The notes under the pieces are model-generated. The model saw nothing but the letters and a program-made list of their open reading frames with translations. It was not told the DNA's origin and made no database searches. The position numbers were made by a program, and so were the translations under genes. From Spirochaetota bacterium (lineage in GTDB: Bacteria; Spirochaetota; UBA4802; JAFGJZ01), in the NCBI GenBank assembly GCA_016928815.1, contig JAFGJZ010000177.1:987-64986 (forward strand): 64,000 nucleotides of DNA. Direction: 5' to 3'. Position 1 is the stretch's first letter, and the number at the start of each line of letters is the position of its first letter. Of the stretch, positions 26,084-36,019 are shown piece after piece.

Positions 26084-28675
26084 ATGGAAAATATAATTTA
26101 TTTTAATAAAAGTCTGAAAAAAGTTGATGATAAAGTAAGAAACCGGCTGGGAATCAGGGGAAGAAGAGCTGTCGATCTGGCTCAGATGGGTTTCCCTATT
26201 GTACCGGGTTTTATAATTGATTCCGAATTAACGCAAAAGCTTAATGAAGTAAATCTTAAACAGATGCTGAAGAGTAACATTGCTACAATAGAAAAGGAAA
26301 TGGGTAAGGTTTTTGGCGACCCTTCCAACCCTTTATTACTGAAGGTTGTGTTAAGTTCCGATTTGAATGTTCCGTTTTTCCCGTCAATACATAATATAGG
26401 ACTTAATAATGATACTGTTCGCGGTTTTGCTAAATCAACTGAAGATGAGACATTTGCATATGGCGAATTCGCTTTTCTTCTTAAAAGCATTGGAACCAAA
26501 CTTCTTGATGTTGAGCCTGGAAAGTTTTCTGATTCTGTTAAGAAGACTCCCGAGCAGCTTAGAAAGGGTATTGAAAGTGATAAAAAAATACTTGAGGCTA
26601 ATTTTTATGATGATGTTTATGATCAATTAAGCATGATTCTTAAAAAAGCTGCTGAAAAATACTGTGATTCCGACATTGATGTAGATAATTCCTTAACTCT
26701 GATGGTTCAGGCAATGGTTTACGGTAATCTAGGCAAAAATTCATTTTCAGGTTATTATTATACCAGAGATATGATTACCGGCAATAATGAAATACAGGGA
26801 TTATATCTTCAAAATGAGTTTGATGTGTCTGAAAAAAACGGGAAAACTATAAATAATATTGATAAAAAATATTTTGATAAGCTTGCGCAAATAGGCAGGA
26901 AAGTTGAAGAGGAATTCAGGGAAATCAGACATATTAAATTTACTATTGAAGAAGGAAATTTATGGCTGGTAGAGCAGCGGGAAGTTGATGAAAAATCAAC
27001 ACAGGCCCATCTCGCAACATTGATTGATCTAAAAAAGAAAAAAATTGTGGACTCAAAGTATATAATTAATCACATGAAGCCTGTTCAGTTAAATGAACTT
27101 CTGCATCCAATTATTGATCCGCGTACAATTAAAGGCATAAAAAGCATGAAAGGCGGAATATCCGGTTCTTCAGGCGCCGCGATAGGGAAGGTTTATTTTT
27201 CAACGGAGAAGCTGCTTGAAGAATATAAAAAGGCCATGCTTCACGGTGAAGATACGAGTATGATTCTTGTAATGGAAGCGACTTATGCCGAAGATGTAAA
27301 AGCGATTGAAGTGGCACAGGGCGTTATCAGTACTGAGGGCGGTTTTTCTTCGCATGCTCCCGTTGTTGCCAGAAGTCTCGGTAAAGTTGCCACTGTTCAG
27401 CCGGATATGAAAATTAAGGGAAATACATTTACAATACAGGGGCAGACCGTCAAAGAAGGTGAATACATTTCATTAAATGTGCCATTTTATGATGTTCCTA
27501 CATTATATCTTGGTAAAGTCGGACTTATTGAACCTGATTTTGATAAAAACGGTCTTTTTGAGTTCGTTAAACTTACACAGGAATTTGTAGGTGATTTTGA
27601 TGTCAGAGTAAATGCTGATCAGCCAAGGGAAGCCGCACTTGCAAGACAGTTTCTTGCCCAGGGTGTAGGTCTTTGCCGTACCGAACATATGTTTTTTAAT
27701 GAAAAAAGAATTATGAAATTCAGACAGATGATTCTTGCACAGGGTGAAAAGAACAGGAGAAAAGTGCTTGATGAATTGCGTCCTATGCAGCGGTCGGATT
27801 TTTATGAATTATTTAAAATTATGAACGGTCTCCCGGTAACAATAAGACTTCTGGATGCTCCTTTACATGAATTTCTTCCGCGTTCGGAAGCCGCAATGAA
27901 GGAATTTCTGGCATTTGTCCATCAGAAAGACAAAACGCTTAAACTTCAGGATGTTGCTTCAAGATGTGAAGAACTGCATGAGATGAATCCGATGCTCGGT
28001 CACAGAGGATGCCGTGTCGCTATTACATATCCGGAAATTTATGAAATGCAATGCCGTGCCATTTTTGAATCGGCATGTATGCTGAAAAAAGAAGGAGTTA
28101 ATGTTAAACCTGAAATCATGATTCCTATTGTAATGAGCGAACAGGAATTAAAATTCATTAAAAACGGTAAGAAGATTGAGGGAACGACAGTTAAAGGAAT
28201 ACGTGATATTAAAAATGAAGTTTGTGAAGAATATGGAATAAAGGATATTGAATATAAGGTCGGTTCCATGATTGAGCTTCCTGCAGCTGCATTAAGAGCC
28301 GGTAATATTGCTCAATATGCTGAGTTTTTCAGTTTTGGTACAAATGATTTAACTCAGACAACATACGGACTATCACGGGATGATTCAAATTCATTTTTTC
28401 CAAGTTATACCCTTTATGACCTTTTACAGCATAATCCGTTCCAGGTACTTGGAGACGAGGTAAAAGAACTGATAGCGACTGCTTCACTTCGTGGCAGGTT
28501 GACGCGTCCTAACATAAAGATCGGTCTTTGCGGAGAGCATGGTGCAGATCCAGAAAATATCAGGTTTTGCGCAGAAGTCGGATTAAATTATGTTTCATGT
28601 TCCCCTTATTCAATTCCTCTTGCAAAACTGGCAATTGCCCAGATGAGTCTTGCTGCTGAAGATCAGAAAAAATAG
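26084..28675 (+). CDS. ppdK: Pyruvate, phosphate dikinase
   Basis: 863 aa. N-terminal ATP-grasp nucleotide-binding domain, central phospho-His domain (GGFSSHAPVVARSLG), C-terminal PEP-utilising TIM barrel (LCGEHG). Confidence 0.9.
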   Translation: MENIIYFNKSLKKVDDKVRNRLGIRGRRAVDLAQMGFPIVPGFIIDSELTQKLNEVNLKQMLKSNIATIEKEMGKVFGDPSNPLLLKVVLSSDLNVPFFPSIHNIGLNNDTVRGFAKSTEDETFAYGEFAFLLKSIGTKLLDVEPGKFSDSVKKTPEQLRKGIESDKKILEANFYDDVYDQLSMILKKAAEKYCDSDIDVDNSLTLMVQAMVYGNLGKNSFSGYYYTRDMITGNNEIQGLYLQNEFDVSEKNGKTINNIDKKYFDKLAQIGRKVEEEFREIRHIKFTIEEGNLWLVEQREVDEKSTQAHLATLIDLKKKKIVDSKYIINHMKPVQLNELLHPIIDPRTIKGIKSMKGGISGSSGAAIGKVYFSTEKLLEEYKKAMLHGEDTSMILVMEATYAEDVKAIEVAQGVISTEGGFSSHAPVVARSLGKVATVQPDMKIKGNTFTIQGQTVKEGEYISLNVPFYDVPTLYLGKVGLIEPDFDKNGLFEFVKLTQEFVGDFDVRVNADQPREAALARQFLAQGVGLCRTEHMFFNEKRIMKFRQMILAQGEKNRRKVLDELRPMQRSDFYELFKIMNGLPVTIRLLDAPLHEFLPRSEAAMKEFLAFVHQKDKTLKLQDVASRCEELHEMNPMLGHRGCRVAITYPEIYEMQCRAIFESACMLKKEGVNVKPEIMIPIVMSEQELKFIKNGKKIEGTTVKGIRDIKNEVCEEYGIKDIEYKVGSMIELPAAALRAGNIAQYAEFFSFGTNDLTQTTYGLSRDDSNSFFPSYTLYDLLQHNPFQVLGDEVKELIATASLRGRLTRPNIKIGLCGEHGADPENIRFCAEVGLNYVSCSPYSIPLAKLAIAQMSLAAEDQKK

Positions 28676-28690
28676 AAAAACTCCAAAATC

Positions 28691-28721
28691 AAAAAAACTT
28701 CCCCGAACGGGAAGTTTTTTT
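28691..28721 (+). terminator. Rho-independent terminator (ACTTCCC-CGAAC-GGGAAGT + T-run)
   Basis: Hairpin with flanking A-run and T-run, 16 nt after the ppdK stop. Confidence 0.55.
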
Positions 28722-28796
28722 GATTTTTAAAAAAATTCTTGCTAAAATAATAATATAATAAATGTTTTAACCATAATTTCAATGAGGTATATTATA

Positions 28797-28994
28797 ATGA
28801 GTGATATTAATAAAGATATGACATTTGGAGAGCTTTTGGATAAATATCCCGATAAAGCTCCAATATTAGGTGCATATGGTCTGCATTGTATTGGTTGTCA
28901 TATTGCTGTTTTTGAAACAATTGAGCAGGGAGCTCAGGCTCATGGTCTTGATGATGCTCAAATTGAAGAAATGCTTAAAAAACTTAATAGTTGA
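28797..28994 (+). CDS. DUF1858-type small redox disulfide protein (hybrid-cluster-protein-associated domain family)
   Basis: 66 aa with HCIGCH motif. GAGG RBS 8 nt before the ATG at 28797 (track start 28782 is less likely). Confidence 0.55.
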   Translation: MSDINKDMTFGELLDKYPDKAPILGAYGLHCIGCHIAVFETIEQGAQAHGLDDAQIEEMLKKLNS

Positions 28995-29013
28995 TTATTA
29001 TTATGCGCTTAAA

Positions 29014-29047
29014 ATAAAAAAAAGCTGTCAATTGACAGCTTTTTTTT
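29014..29047. terminator. Bidirectional terminator: perfect 18-bp palindrome AGCTGTCAATTGACAGCT flanked by A9 and T10
   Basis: Symmetric hairpin between the convergent DUF1858 gene (+) and tRNA-Tyr (-). Confidence 0.6.
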
Positions 29048-29049
29048 AT

Positions 29050-29132
29050 TGGTGAGGGAAGGATTCGAACCTTCGAAGGTGACACCGACAGATTTACAGT
29101 CTGTTCCCTTTGGCCGCTCGGGAACCTCACCC
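29050..29132 (-). tRNA. tRNA-Tyr (anticodon GTA), type II with long variable arm
   Basis: Reverse complement GGGTGAGGTTCCCGAGCGGCCAAAGGGAACAGACTGTAAATCTGT...GGTTCGAATCC...CTCACC(A). Anticodon stem ACAGA/TCTGT, loop CTGTAAA. T-loop GGTTCGAATCC. Confidence 0.85.
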
Positions 29133-29136
29133 TGTG

Positions 29137-29209
29137 AGCTGGTGAGAGGAATTGAACCCCCAACCTACTGATTACAAATCAGTTGCTCTACCAATTGAGC
29201 TACACCAGC
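29137..29209 (-). tRNA. tRNA-Thr (anticodon TGT)
   Basis: Reverse complement GCTGGTGTAGCTCAATTGGTAGAGCAACTGATTTGTAATCAGTAGGTTGGGGGTTCAATTCCTCTCACCAGC. Anticodon loop TTTGTAA. 73 nt. Confidence 0.85.
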
Positions 29210-29530
29210 AAACGTGAGTAAACATATCGAATTTTATAGCGGAACTGTCAACAAAAAAAATCAAAAAAAATTAAACTAATTTCAATTGCCAATTTATCAA
29301 AAATTCAAGAATCAGCATGTGTTGGACGATTATATGTACATTGGGTGAAATTTATTTGTATGTTTTGATATAAAATGTGTGACAAAATTAGAGTAAAATT
29401 ATAATTTGACAATTGTATAAAAATCCTTTTAAATAATAATTGCAACAGCTGATTTTATTTTGCCGCCATTTAATCAGGCGTTTAATAATAACTGTACTGT
29501 TTATCCTGTTTAAAAAAGGTAAAGGAAATA

Positions 29531-30853
29531 ATGTTAAAAAAGATAATTATCTTTATTCTGATACTGAATTTTACTTATCATTTATCAGCTGCTGAAAATA
29601 AGGTTGTTACCTATTCTGATTGTGTACAAATCGCACTTGAAAATAATCCTCAAATCAAATATATGCAGGAAACTGAAAAAATATATCTGTCCAGTTTGAA
29701 GAAAGCAGAATCTTCAAAAACCGTACAGATTGACGGAAGCGTAAGTACCTCAAAGGGCGATGTGTCAGGTTCGGAGGCGATTGGCAGTATGGCACTTACG
29801 GCCGGTATTGGTATTACTTATGGTATTTTTATTCCGGGACGGGATACAGCAATAGATTTAAGCAAGGATGCTATTTATCTGAACAAACTGACAGGCAAGA
29901 TTAAACTTAATGAAATAATTTTTGAGGTTAAACAGTCATATTTTAACTATATTAAGGCCATGAATAATGCAATGTTACGTAAAACAATCCTGGATAAATA
30001 TTCTCTTGTTTACAGAAAAAATACGATATATTTTGAAGCCGGTAATCTGCGGCCTTATGTCTATAATACCATTGAAATACAGTATAATCAGCTGCGTCTC
30101 GAGTATGAAATTGCAGTGCAGGATGAGAAAAACGCGAGATCGGCCCTGTTTTTAAGCATGGGGATTTCTGAACCTGAAACAGAATTTGTTATTGATACTA
30201 ATCTGACTTTACCTGTTTTTAACCTGACTTATGAACAGCTTGAAAGGATTTCGATCATACTTTCCCCGGAAATTTCAATTGCAAAAATGAAACGTGAGAT
30301 GGCCAGAAAGACAATTACTTCAGCCAGGGAAAAACGTCTTCCTACAGTTTCTACAAATGCATTTGCCGGTTTTGAAAACGGAAATGCTGTTGATCCTTAC
30401 AATACTGAAGATTTATCAACACGTATGGAGGTAAATAACTGGAGTCCGGTTTTCGGTATTACTTTCAGCCTGGCAATTCCAATTTACAGGGGAGGCGCCA
30501 TAAACTCTGAAATTGAAAAATCGATTTCACAATATAACCAGTCTGTTTATGATGAGAAAAGTGTTATTCTGAAGGTAAACCAGAGTTTGCTTACCAATTT
30601 TGAAAAGCTGAAATTTTTAAAAAGGCAGATAGAAATTTCAGAGAAGACACTTCTGAATTCAAAGAAAAATTTTGAATTAATTGAAAAATCATATAATGCG
30701 GGAATTGCGGATATTACAGATATAAATACAGCAAATGAAAATCTTCTTCAGGTTGAAACTCAGAATTTTTCCCTGAAGATTGATTATTTAATGACAGTTA
30801 CAAAAATTGCCCATATAATCGGTATCAGTGAGGAAGAATTATGTTCAAAATAA
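29531..30853 (+). CDS. TolC-family outer-membrane efflux protein
   Basis: Signal peptide, 440 aa, two-repeat OEP architecture. First gene of the efflux operon, stop overlaps the next gene. Confidence 0.75.
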   Translation: MLKKIIIFILILNFTYHLSAAENKVVTYSDCVQIALENNPQIKYMQETEKIYLSSLKKAESSKTVQIDGSVSTSKGDVSGSEAIGSMALTAGIGITYGIFIPGRDTAIDLSKDAIYLNKLTGKIKLNEIIFEVKQSYFNYIKAMNNAMLRKTILDKYSLVYRKNTIYFEAGNLRPYVYNTIEIQYNQLRLEYEIAVQDEKNARSALFLSMGISEPETEFVIDTNLTLPVFNLTYEQLERISIILSPEISIAKMKREMARKTITSAREKRLPTVSTNAFAGFENGNAVDPYNTEDLSTRMEVNNWSPVFGITFSLAIPIYRGGAINSEIEKSISQYNQSVYDEKSVILKVNQSLLTNFEKLKFLKRQIEISEKTLLNSKKNFELIEKSYNAGIADITDINTANENLLQVETQNFSLKIDYLMTVTKIAHIIGISEEELCSK

Positions 30854-31938
30854 AATCCAGAAAAAGTGTGCTGTTTCTTGCAGCAGCAATTGCAGTAATA
30901 ATAATCCTTGTTATCAGAGGCTGTAATAAAGAATCAAAAATTTCATATGAGTATGGTGATGTAGACCGTGGAGCTGTTGAAAAGACAATTTCGGTAAGCG
31001 GAAAGCTTGAACTGTATGACAGTATTATTGTGAAGAGTGAAATTCCCGGAGAAATTATTGAAAATAATGTCGTTTATAATGATAAAGTTTCAAAAGGTCA
31101 GCTTCTGCTGAGAATTAAGTCTGATGCGGTGGACGATGCTTATAATTCCTATAAAAGTACCTATACTGTTGCAAAAAATGATCTTGATAATTACCGTCAG
31201 TTTCTAAAGATTCAGAAGAAATTATATGATGAACTGTTAATTTCCAAAAAAGAATATGATGAAGTCAGACTGACATATGACAGAAAATATTCAACCTATG
31301 AAGATGTGCTTGAGCAGTACAATAACCGTGCTGAAAATGTTAAGAAAAAGAACGTGTATTCTCCAGTCAGCGGCATTGTTATCCAGTCCTATATTGAAGA
31401 AAAATCGGAAGTGGCGGGTAATACACCGCTGTTTCTAATATCCACTACTTTGAAAAAAATGAAACTTACAATTAATATCGATGAAGCTGATATCGGATTT
31501 ATTAAAAACGGTCAGAAACTTACCTTTACAGTAAGCGCATATCCGGATAATGTGTTTTCGGGTGAAATCAAACAGGTCAGAATGAACCCTACCGCAAAGC
31601 AAAGCGTTGTAACATATGAGGCACTTGTTGAATGCGAGAATAATGATGAGCTGCTCAGACCGGGAATGACGGTCACCGCTACCGTTGATGTAAATAAAAA
31701 GGAGAATGTGTTAAGGGTGCAGAATCAGGCTCTGCTCGTTTCTCCGGTTGATAAATCCATAAAACCGGGTGAGAAATTTGTCTGGGTTTATGATAAAAAA
31801 TCCGGAAAAGAGCTGCCGATGAGAGAAGTACCGGTTGTTACGGGTCTGTATGGTGACACTTACACCGAGATTGTCAGCGGTGAACTGTCTGAGAAAGATA
31901 AAGTGCTTATCGGTATTCATGTAAATGCTGTGAAATAA
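30841..31938 (+). CDS. HlyD/MacA-family periplasmic adaptor subunit
   Basis: N-terminal TM anchor, coiled-coil and beta-barrel regions typical of membrane fusion proteins. 13-bp overlap with the TolC-like gene. Confidence 0.8.
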   Translation: MFKIKSRKSVLFLAAAIAVIIILVIRGCNKESKISYEYGDVDRGAVEKTISVSGKLELYDSIIVKSEIPGEIIENNVVYNDKVSKGQLLLRIKSDAVDDAYNSYKSTYTVAKNDLDNYRQFLKIQKKLYDELLISKKEYDEVRLTYDRKYSTYEDVLEQYNNRAENVKKKNVYSPVSGIVIQSYIEEKSEVAGNTPLFLISTTLKKMKLTINIDEADIGFIKNGQKLTFTVSAYPDNVFSGEIKQVRMNPTAKQSVVTYEALVECENNDELLRPGMTVTATVDVNKKENVLRVQNQALLVSPVDKSIKPGEKFVWVYDKKSGKELPMREVPVVTGLYGDTYTEIVSGELSEKDKVLIGIHVNAVK

Positions 31939-31947
31939 GGATCGGTT

Positions 31948-32691
31948 ATGGCTAAAGCTGAAAATGTAATTGAAATTAAAAATTTATCAAAAATATATAA
32001 TGCAGGAGAGGATATTGCAGTTCATGCACTATCGGACGTTAATCTGGCTGTAAAGAGATCCGAATTTCTTGCAATAATGGGTCCTTCAGGGTCCGGCAAA
32101 TCAACTTTTATGAATATTCTGGGTTTTCTTGATTCACCGACATTGGGCAAGTATATAATTGACGGTATAGACGGAAGTTCCCTGAATAATGATCAGAAGG
32201 CGGATATTCGAAATCAGAAAATCGGATTTATATTTCAGGGATTCAATTTACTGGCAAGGACATCTGCACTGGAAAATGTTGAGCTGCCTCTTTTCTACAG
32301 AGGTACCGTCAGTTCAAAGCAGATGAGAGAAAAAGCGGCGGAGCTGCTGAAACTGGTAGGGCTTGGAGGGCGTGAGCATCATATTCCGAGCAGGCTTTCA
32401 GGCGGTGAGCAGCAGCGGGTTGCGATAGCAAGATCCCTGATAAATGATCCGGCGATTATTCTAGCAGATGAACCTACAGGAAATCTTGATACCAAAACCA
32501 CAAATGATATAATGAATCTTTTCAGAAAACTTAATGATGAATTGGGTATTACAATAATAATTGTAACCCATGAACCTGAAGTAGCTGATTTTACAAAACG
32601 TAAAATTGTTTTCCGGGATGGCAAGCTGATCCAGGATGTTCTGACCAAGAAGAAGAAAAATGCAGGTTATACAAGGGAATTGTATAAATGA
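31948..32691 (+). CDS. ABC transporter ATP-binding protein (MacB/LolD type)
   Basis: Walker A GPSGSGKST, signature LSGGEQQRVAIARSL, Walker B IILADEPTGNLD. Confidence 0.85.
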   Translation: MAKAENVIEIKNLSKIYNAGEDIAVHALSDVNLAVKRSEFLAIMGPSGSGKSTFMNILGFLDSPTLGKYIIDGIDGSSLNNDQKADIRNQKIGFIFQGFNLLARTSALENVELPLFYRGTVSSKQMREKAAELLKLVGLGGREHHIPSRLSGGEQQRVAIARSLINDPAIILADEPTGNLDTKTTNDIMNLFRKLNDELGITIIIVTHEPEVADFTKRKIVFRDGKLIQDVLTKKKKNAGYTRELYK

Positions 32692-33872
32692 AACTCTCCA
32701 TCAGCATACATTCTGCAATAACAACTCTGAAAAAAAACCGTACACGTTCAACACTGACAAGTATCGGGATTGTGATCGGGGTTGCATCCGTTATTATGAT
32801 GGTCGGATTCGGATATAGTGCAAAAATCGTAGTCAGGCAGAAAGTTTTTTCTTTCGGTGAGAATGCTGTTGTGGTGCAGGGAAGCCCAAAAGAATTTATA
32901 ACGGCAAAAGACTCAAAATATTTACGCGATAATTTTTATGAAATTAAATATGCTTCTCTCAATACAACCGAAAAAAATATCAGAATATCAAAAGGTTCCA
33001 AGGTTGCATCGACTTTGTTAAATGCTGTAGAAAATGATTTTTTTCAGATACAGGGCTGGAAATTAAAATACGGATCATATTTCAGCAGGGAACAGATGGA
33101 TAATCTGGAAAATGTAGTAATAGTCGGTGACACTATCCGCAAGAATTTCATAGGTTTTACCGACCCTGTCGGTCAGGAAATAATAATTGACGGGAAACCG
33201 TTCAGAATTATCGGCTCATTGGAGCCGCGCGGTCTGACATTTACACAGACTGATTTTGATGATTTTGTGGCAATGCCATATATGACATTTCATTCAAGAA
33301 TTAAAAATGAAAAAATCAGAACGGAATTATTTGTCGGAGCGGTTGATGAGCAATCGCTCGGGAAAGCAATTAATATTCTGAAAAGTTATTTCAGGCAGAA
33401 GTATAATCAGACTGCGGATGAAAAGGACGACTTTGTGATTTTGACCAATGATGAGAATCTTGAAATCGCCGAATATATATCGCTTACTCTGTCCTCCTTA
33501 CTGATCGGAATCGCGTCAATATCGCTCATTGTAGGAGGAATCGGTATTATGAATATTATGCTTGTTTCTGTCAGCGAGCGGACAAGGGAAATAGGAATCA
33601 GAATGGCCATTGGAGCCAGAAACAGGGATATTCTGATGCAGTTTATAATTGAATCGGTGACACTGTGCGTTCTCGGCGGAATTACCGGAATTCTTCTCGG
33701 TTACCTGATATATTTCATTATTATTCTGATGCTAGGATGGCAATTCTACTTTTCACTGTTATCTATAATTATCTCTTTTTCATTTGCATGTTTCGTAGGT
33801 ATTTTTTTCGGATATTATCCTGCGAAAAAAGCGGCTAAACTTAATCCAATAGATGCTTTAAGATATGAATAA
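32688..33872 (+). CDS. ABC transporter permease, FtsX/MacB-like (4 TM with large periplasmic domain)
   Basis: MacB_PCD-like periplasmic region then C-terminal FtsX-type TM helices. 4-bp overlap with the ATPase gene. Confidence 0.8.
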   Translation: MKLSISIHSAITTLKKNRTRSTLTSIGIVIGVASVIMMVGFGYSAKIVVRQKVFSFGENAVVVQGSPKEFITAKDSKYLRDNFYEIKYASLNTTEKNIRISKGSKVASTLLNAVENDFFQIQGWKLKYGSYFSREQMDNLENVVIVGDTIRKNFIGFTDPVGQEIIIDGKPFRIIGSLEPRGLTFTQTDFDDFVAMPYMTFHSRIKNEKIRTELFVGAVDEQSLGKAINILKSYFRQKYNQTADEKDDFVILTNDENLEIAEYISLTLSSLLIGIASISLIVGGIGIMNIMLVSVSERTREIGIRMAIGARNRDILMQFIIESVTLCVLGGITGILLGYLIYFIIILMLGWQFYFSLLSIIISFSFACFVGIFFGYYPAKKAAKLNPIDALRYE

Positions 33873-33995
33873 ATTTTATTTCTTCAAAAAATGAGACATA
33901 TTTAAAAAATACTATAAAGACATAATCTTGTTTCTTCCGATAAATATAATAGATTAAAGAACAATGTTCCTTTTATTGTGCTAAGGAGAAACAAG

Positions 33996-34892
33996 TTGAA
34001 AGAGACTAAAGAGATAACGAGATTTAAAAGATTCTTAAAAGTTGAAAAAGGATTATCGCCGAATTCTATTTATTCCTATGCATATGATCTGAAAAAATTC
34101 AGTGAATTTCTTGAAGATAGAAATAAATCGATACTTACCGCCAATCAGGATGACATTCAGAAATTCCTTTCCTTTGAAAAAACCAAAAAACATAATTCCT
34201 CCAGAACAATGGCGCGGTCACTTGCTGCAATAAGACAATTTTATAATTTTATTTCAAATGCGGCTGTTGATAACATTGAAAACCCGACAATTAAAATCGA
34301 AACACCGCAGATAAGAAAATCACTTCCGGATTTTCTGACGACAGAGGAAGTAGATAAACTATTTGATTCAATATCCGAAACAGATGTGTATGAGCTGCGC
34401 GACAAGGCGATATTTGAACTTCTTTATTCATGCGGACTGCGGATTACGGAAGCGATTGACCTGAAATTTACCGATGTGGACTTTGAAAATAATATTCTTC
34501 GAGTTACAGGAAAAGGCAATAAAGAGAGGCTTGTACCTCTCGGTGCTGAGGCGCTCCGGCTGATTAAATTATTTCAGAAAAAATCCCGTGAGGAAATTCT
34601 GGGAATAAGATTAAGTGAATATCTCTTCATCAGCAAAAAAGGATCACAGCTTAACAGAAAGTCTGTTTGGCGTCTGCTTAAAGGCTATGTCGGCCGCACT
34701 GATATAGTAAAAAACATTACCCCGCATACCCTGAGACATTCATTTGCCACTCACATGCTTGAAAACGGTGCTGACCTGAGATCCGTTCAGGAGCTGCTTG
34801 GTCACATGGATATATCGACAACACAGATATATACGCATCTTGCTAAGAAAAAACTGCAGGATTATCATAAACAATTTCATCCGAAGGCTTAA
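33996..34892 (+). CDS. xerD: Site-specific tyrosine recombinase XerD/XerC type
   Basis: TTG at 33996 follows AAGGAGAAACAAG; the track's 33978 is a GTG inside the RBS. Catalytic motifs ...HTLRHSFATHMLENGADLRSVQELLGHMDISTTQIYTH... (R..HxxR..Y). Confidence 0.8.
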   Translation: MKETKEITRFKRFLKVEKGLSPNSIYSYAYDLKKFSEFLEDRNKSILTANQDDIQKFLSFEKTKKHNSSRTMARSLAAIRQFYNFISNAAVDNIENPTIKIETPQIRKSLPDFLTTEEVDKLFDSISETDVYELRDKAIFELLYSCGLRITEAIDLKFTDVDFENNILRVTGKGNKERLVPLGAEALRLIKLFQKKSREEILGIRLSEYLFISKKGSQLNRKSVWRLLKGYVGRTDIVKNITPHTLRHSFATHMLENGADLRSVQELLGHMDISTTQIYTHLAKKKLQDYHKQFHPKA

Positions 34893-36013
34893 TGATGCTG
34901 AAAAAAATTATATTGTCATTTGTGCTGATTCTATCAGTTGTTTATTACGGATGTACTCCGCCGAAAAATTATATTTCAGATTCTTCACGGAGAAAAATCA
35001 GTTCTGTTCGTACTGTGAAGGTTCTTATTCTGAAAACGGGACAGAGAACTGTTTTCAGTTCAGCAAAAAATATATCAGTTTATGACGGCGGAAATTCCGA
35101 AATTTTCAACGGAAAAAGTTTTTCAGTTTCAGCAGCTGATGTGAAAAGCAAAATAAGAATATCGTCGGCAGATGAAATTATCAGAATAAATGATACGCCG
35201 TACCGCGGAAATGTTGTCATTCAGAAAGAAAATGATTCCATGCTTGTTATAAATCACGTGAATATTGAAAAATACCTATGCAGTGTCGTTCCTTCCGAAA
35301 TGGCAAAAAGCTGGCCGATTGAAGCATTGAAAGCACAGGCAATTGCAGCAAGAACATATGCCTATAATCATATTGCATCCGCTAAAAATACTGTTTATGA
35401 TCTTGATGCAACTACAAGTTTTCAGGTGTACAAGGGATGTTCCGTAGAAGGTCCGGTTTCAAATGAAGCAGTATTTCTTACAGCCGGAGTTATAATGGTG
35501 AGCGGCGGAAAGCCAATAGCTGCTTTTTTTCATTCCACATGCGGAGGAGAAACAATTTCCAATCAGTTTGTATGGCAGGGTGAAAAAATATCCTATCTGA
35601 ATGATGAAAAATGTTCATATTGTTCTGACTCACCTTATTTTACCTGGACTGAAGAGGTGAATTTAAATGAATTCAGGTCGGCTCTGTTAAAAAAGAATCC
35701 TTCCGCAGGCTCTTTAAAGGGTATTACTTTTAAAAAGCATAATGGCCGCATAATTGAATGCATTATTAAGCATACGGGCGGAGTTACCTCCCTTACAGGA
35801 AATGATTTAAGACTGTTTCTTGGTGCGAAAAAAATAAAAAGCTTGTATTTTACCACTTCAAAAATAAACAATGTGATAAGAATATCAGGACATGGTTACG
35901 GTCATGGAGTCGGCATGTGCCAGTATGGTGCAAGGGGAATGGCGATGAAAGGACTTGATCATGTTGAAATTCTCAGAAAATACTACCGGGGAATTGAATT
36001 TTTACGTATTTAG
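34892..36013 (+). CDS. SpoIID/LytB-domain protein (amidase-enhancer/lytic transglycosylase family)
   Basis: SpoIID-family similarity (ALKAQAIAARTYA, FHSTCGG). Signal/TM N-terminus. Confidence 0.75.
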   Translation: MMLKKIILSFVLILSVVYYGCTPPKNYISDSSRRKISSVRTVKVLILKTGQRTVFSSAKNISVYDGGNSEIFNGKSFSVSAADVKSKIRISSADEIIRINDTPYRGNVVIQKENDSMLVINHVNIEKYLCSVVPSEMAKSWPIEALKAQAIAARTYAYNHIASAKNTVYDLDATTSFQVYKGCSVEGPVSNEAVFLTAGVIMVSGGKPIAAFFHSTCGGETISNQFVWQGEKISYLNDEKCSYCSDSPYFTWTEEVNLNEFRSALLKKNPSAGSLKGITFKKHNGRIIECIIKHTGGVTSLTGNDLRLFLGAKKIKSLYFTTSKINNVIRISGHGYGHGVGMCQYGARGMAMKGLDHVEILRKYYRGIEFLRI

Positions 36014-36019
36014 TTATTT

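Noticed and set aside
29210-29530. Long (320 bp) spacer after the tRNA genes as an integration hotspot or sRNA locus
   Set aside because: It contains recognisable promoters for the tRNA genes (TTGACAG, - strand) and for the TolC operon (TATAAT at about 29397), with no repeats or att-like duplications of the tRNA 3' end.
33996-34892. Tyrosine recombinase as a marker of an integrated mobile element or integron
   Set aside because: It has XerD-like motifs and is embedded in a colinear housekeeping block (MacAB-TolC, spoIID, queA, nif3, recJ). There are no flanking direct repeats, phage or transposon genes. The tRNA genes are 4.8 kb away with an efflux operon in between.
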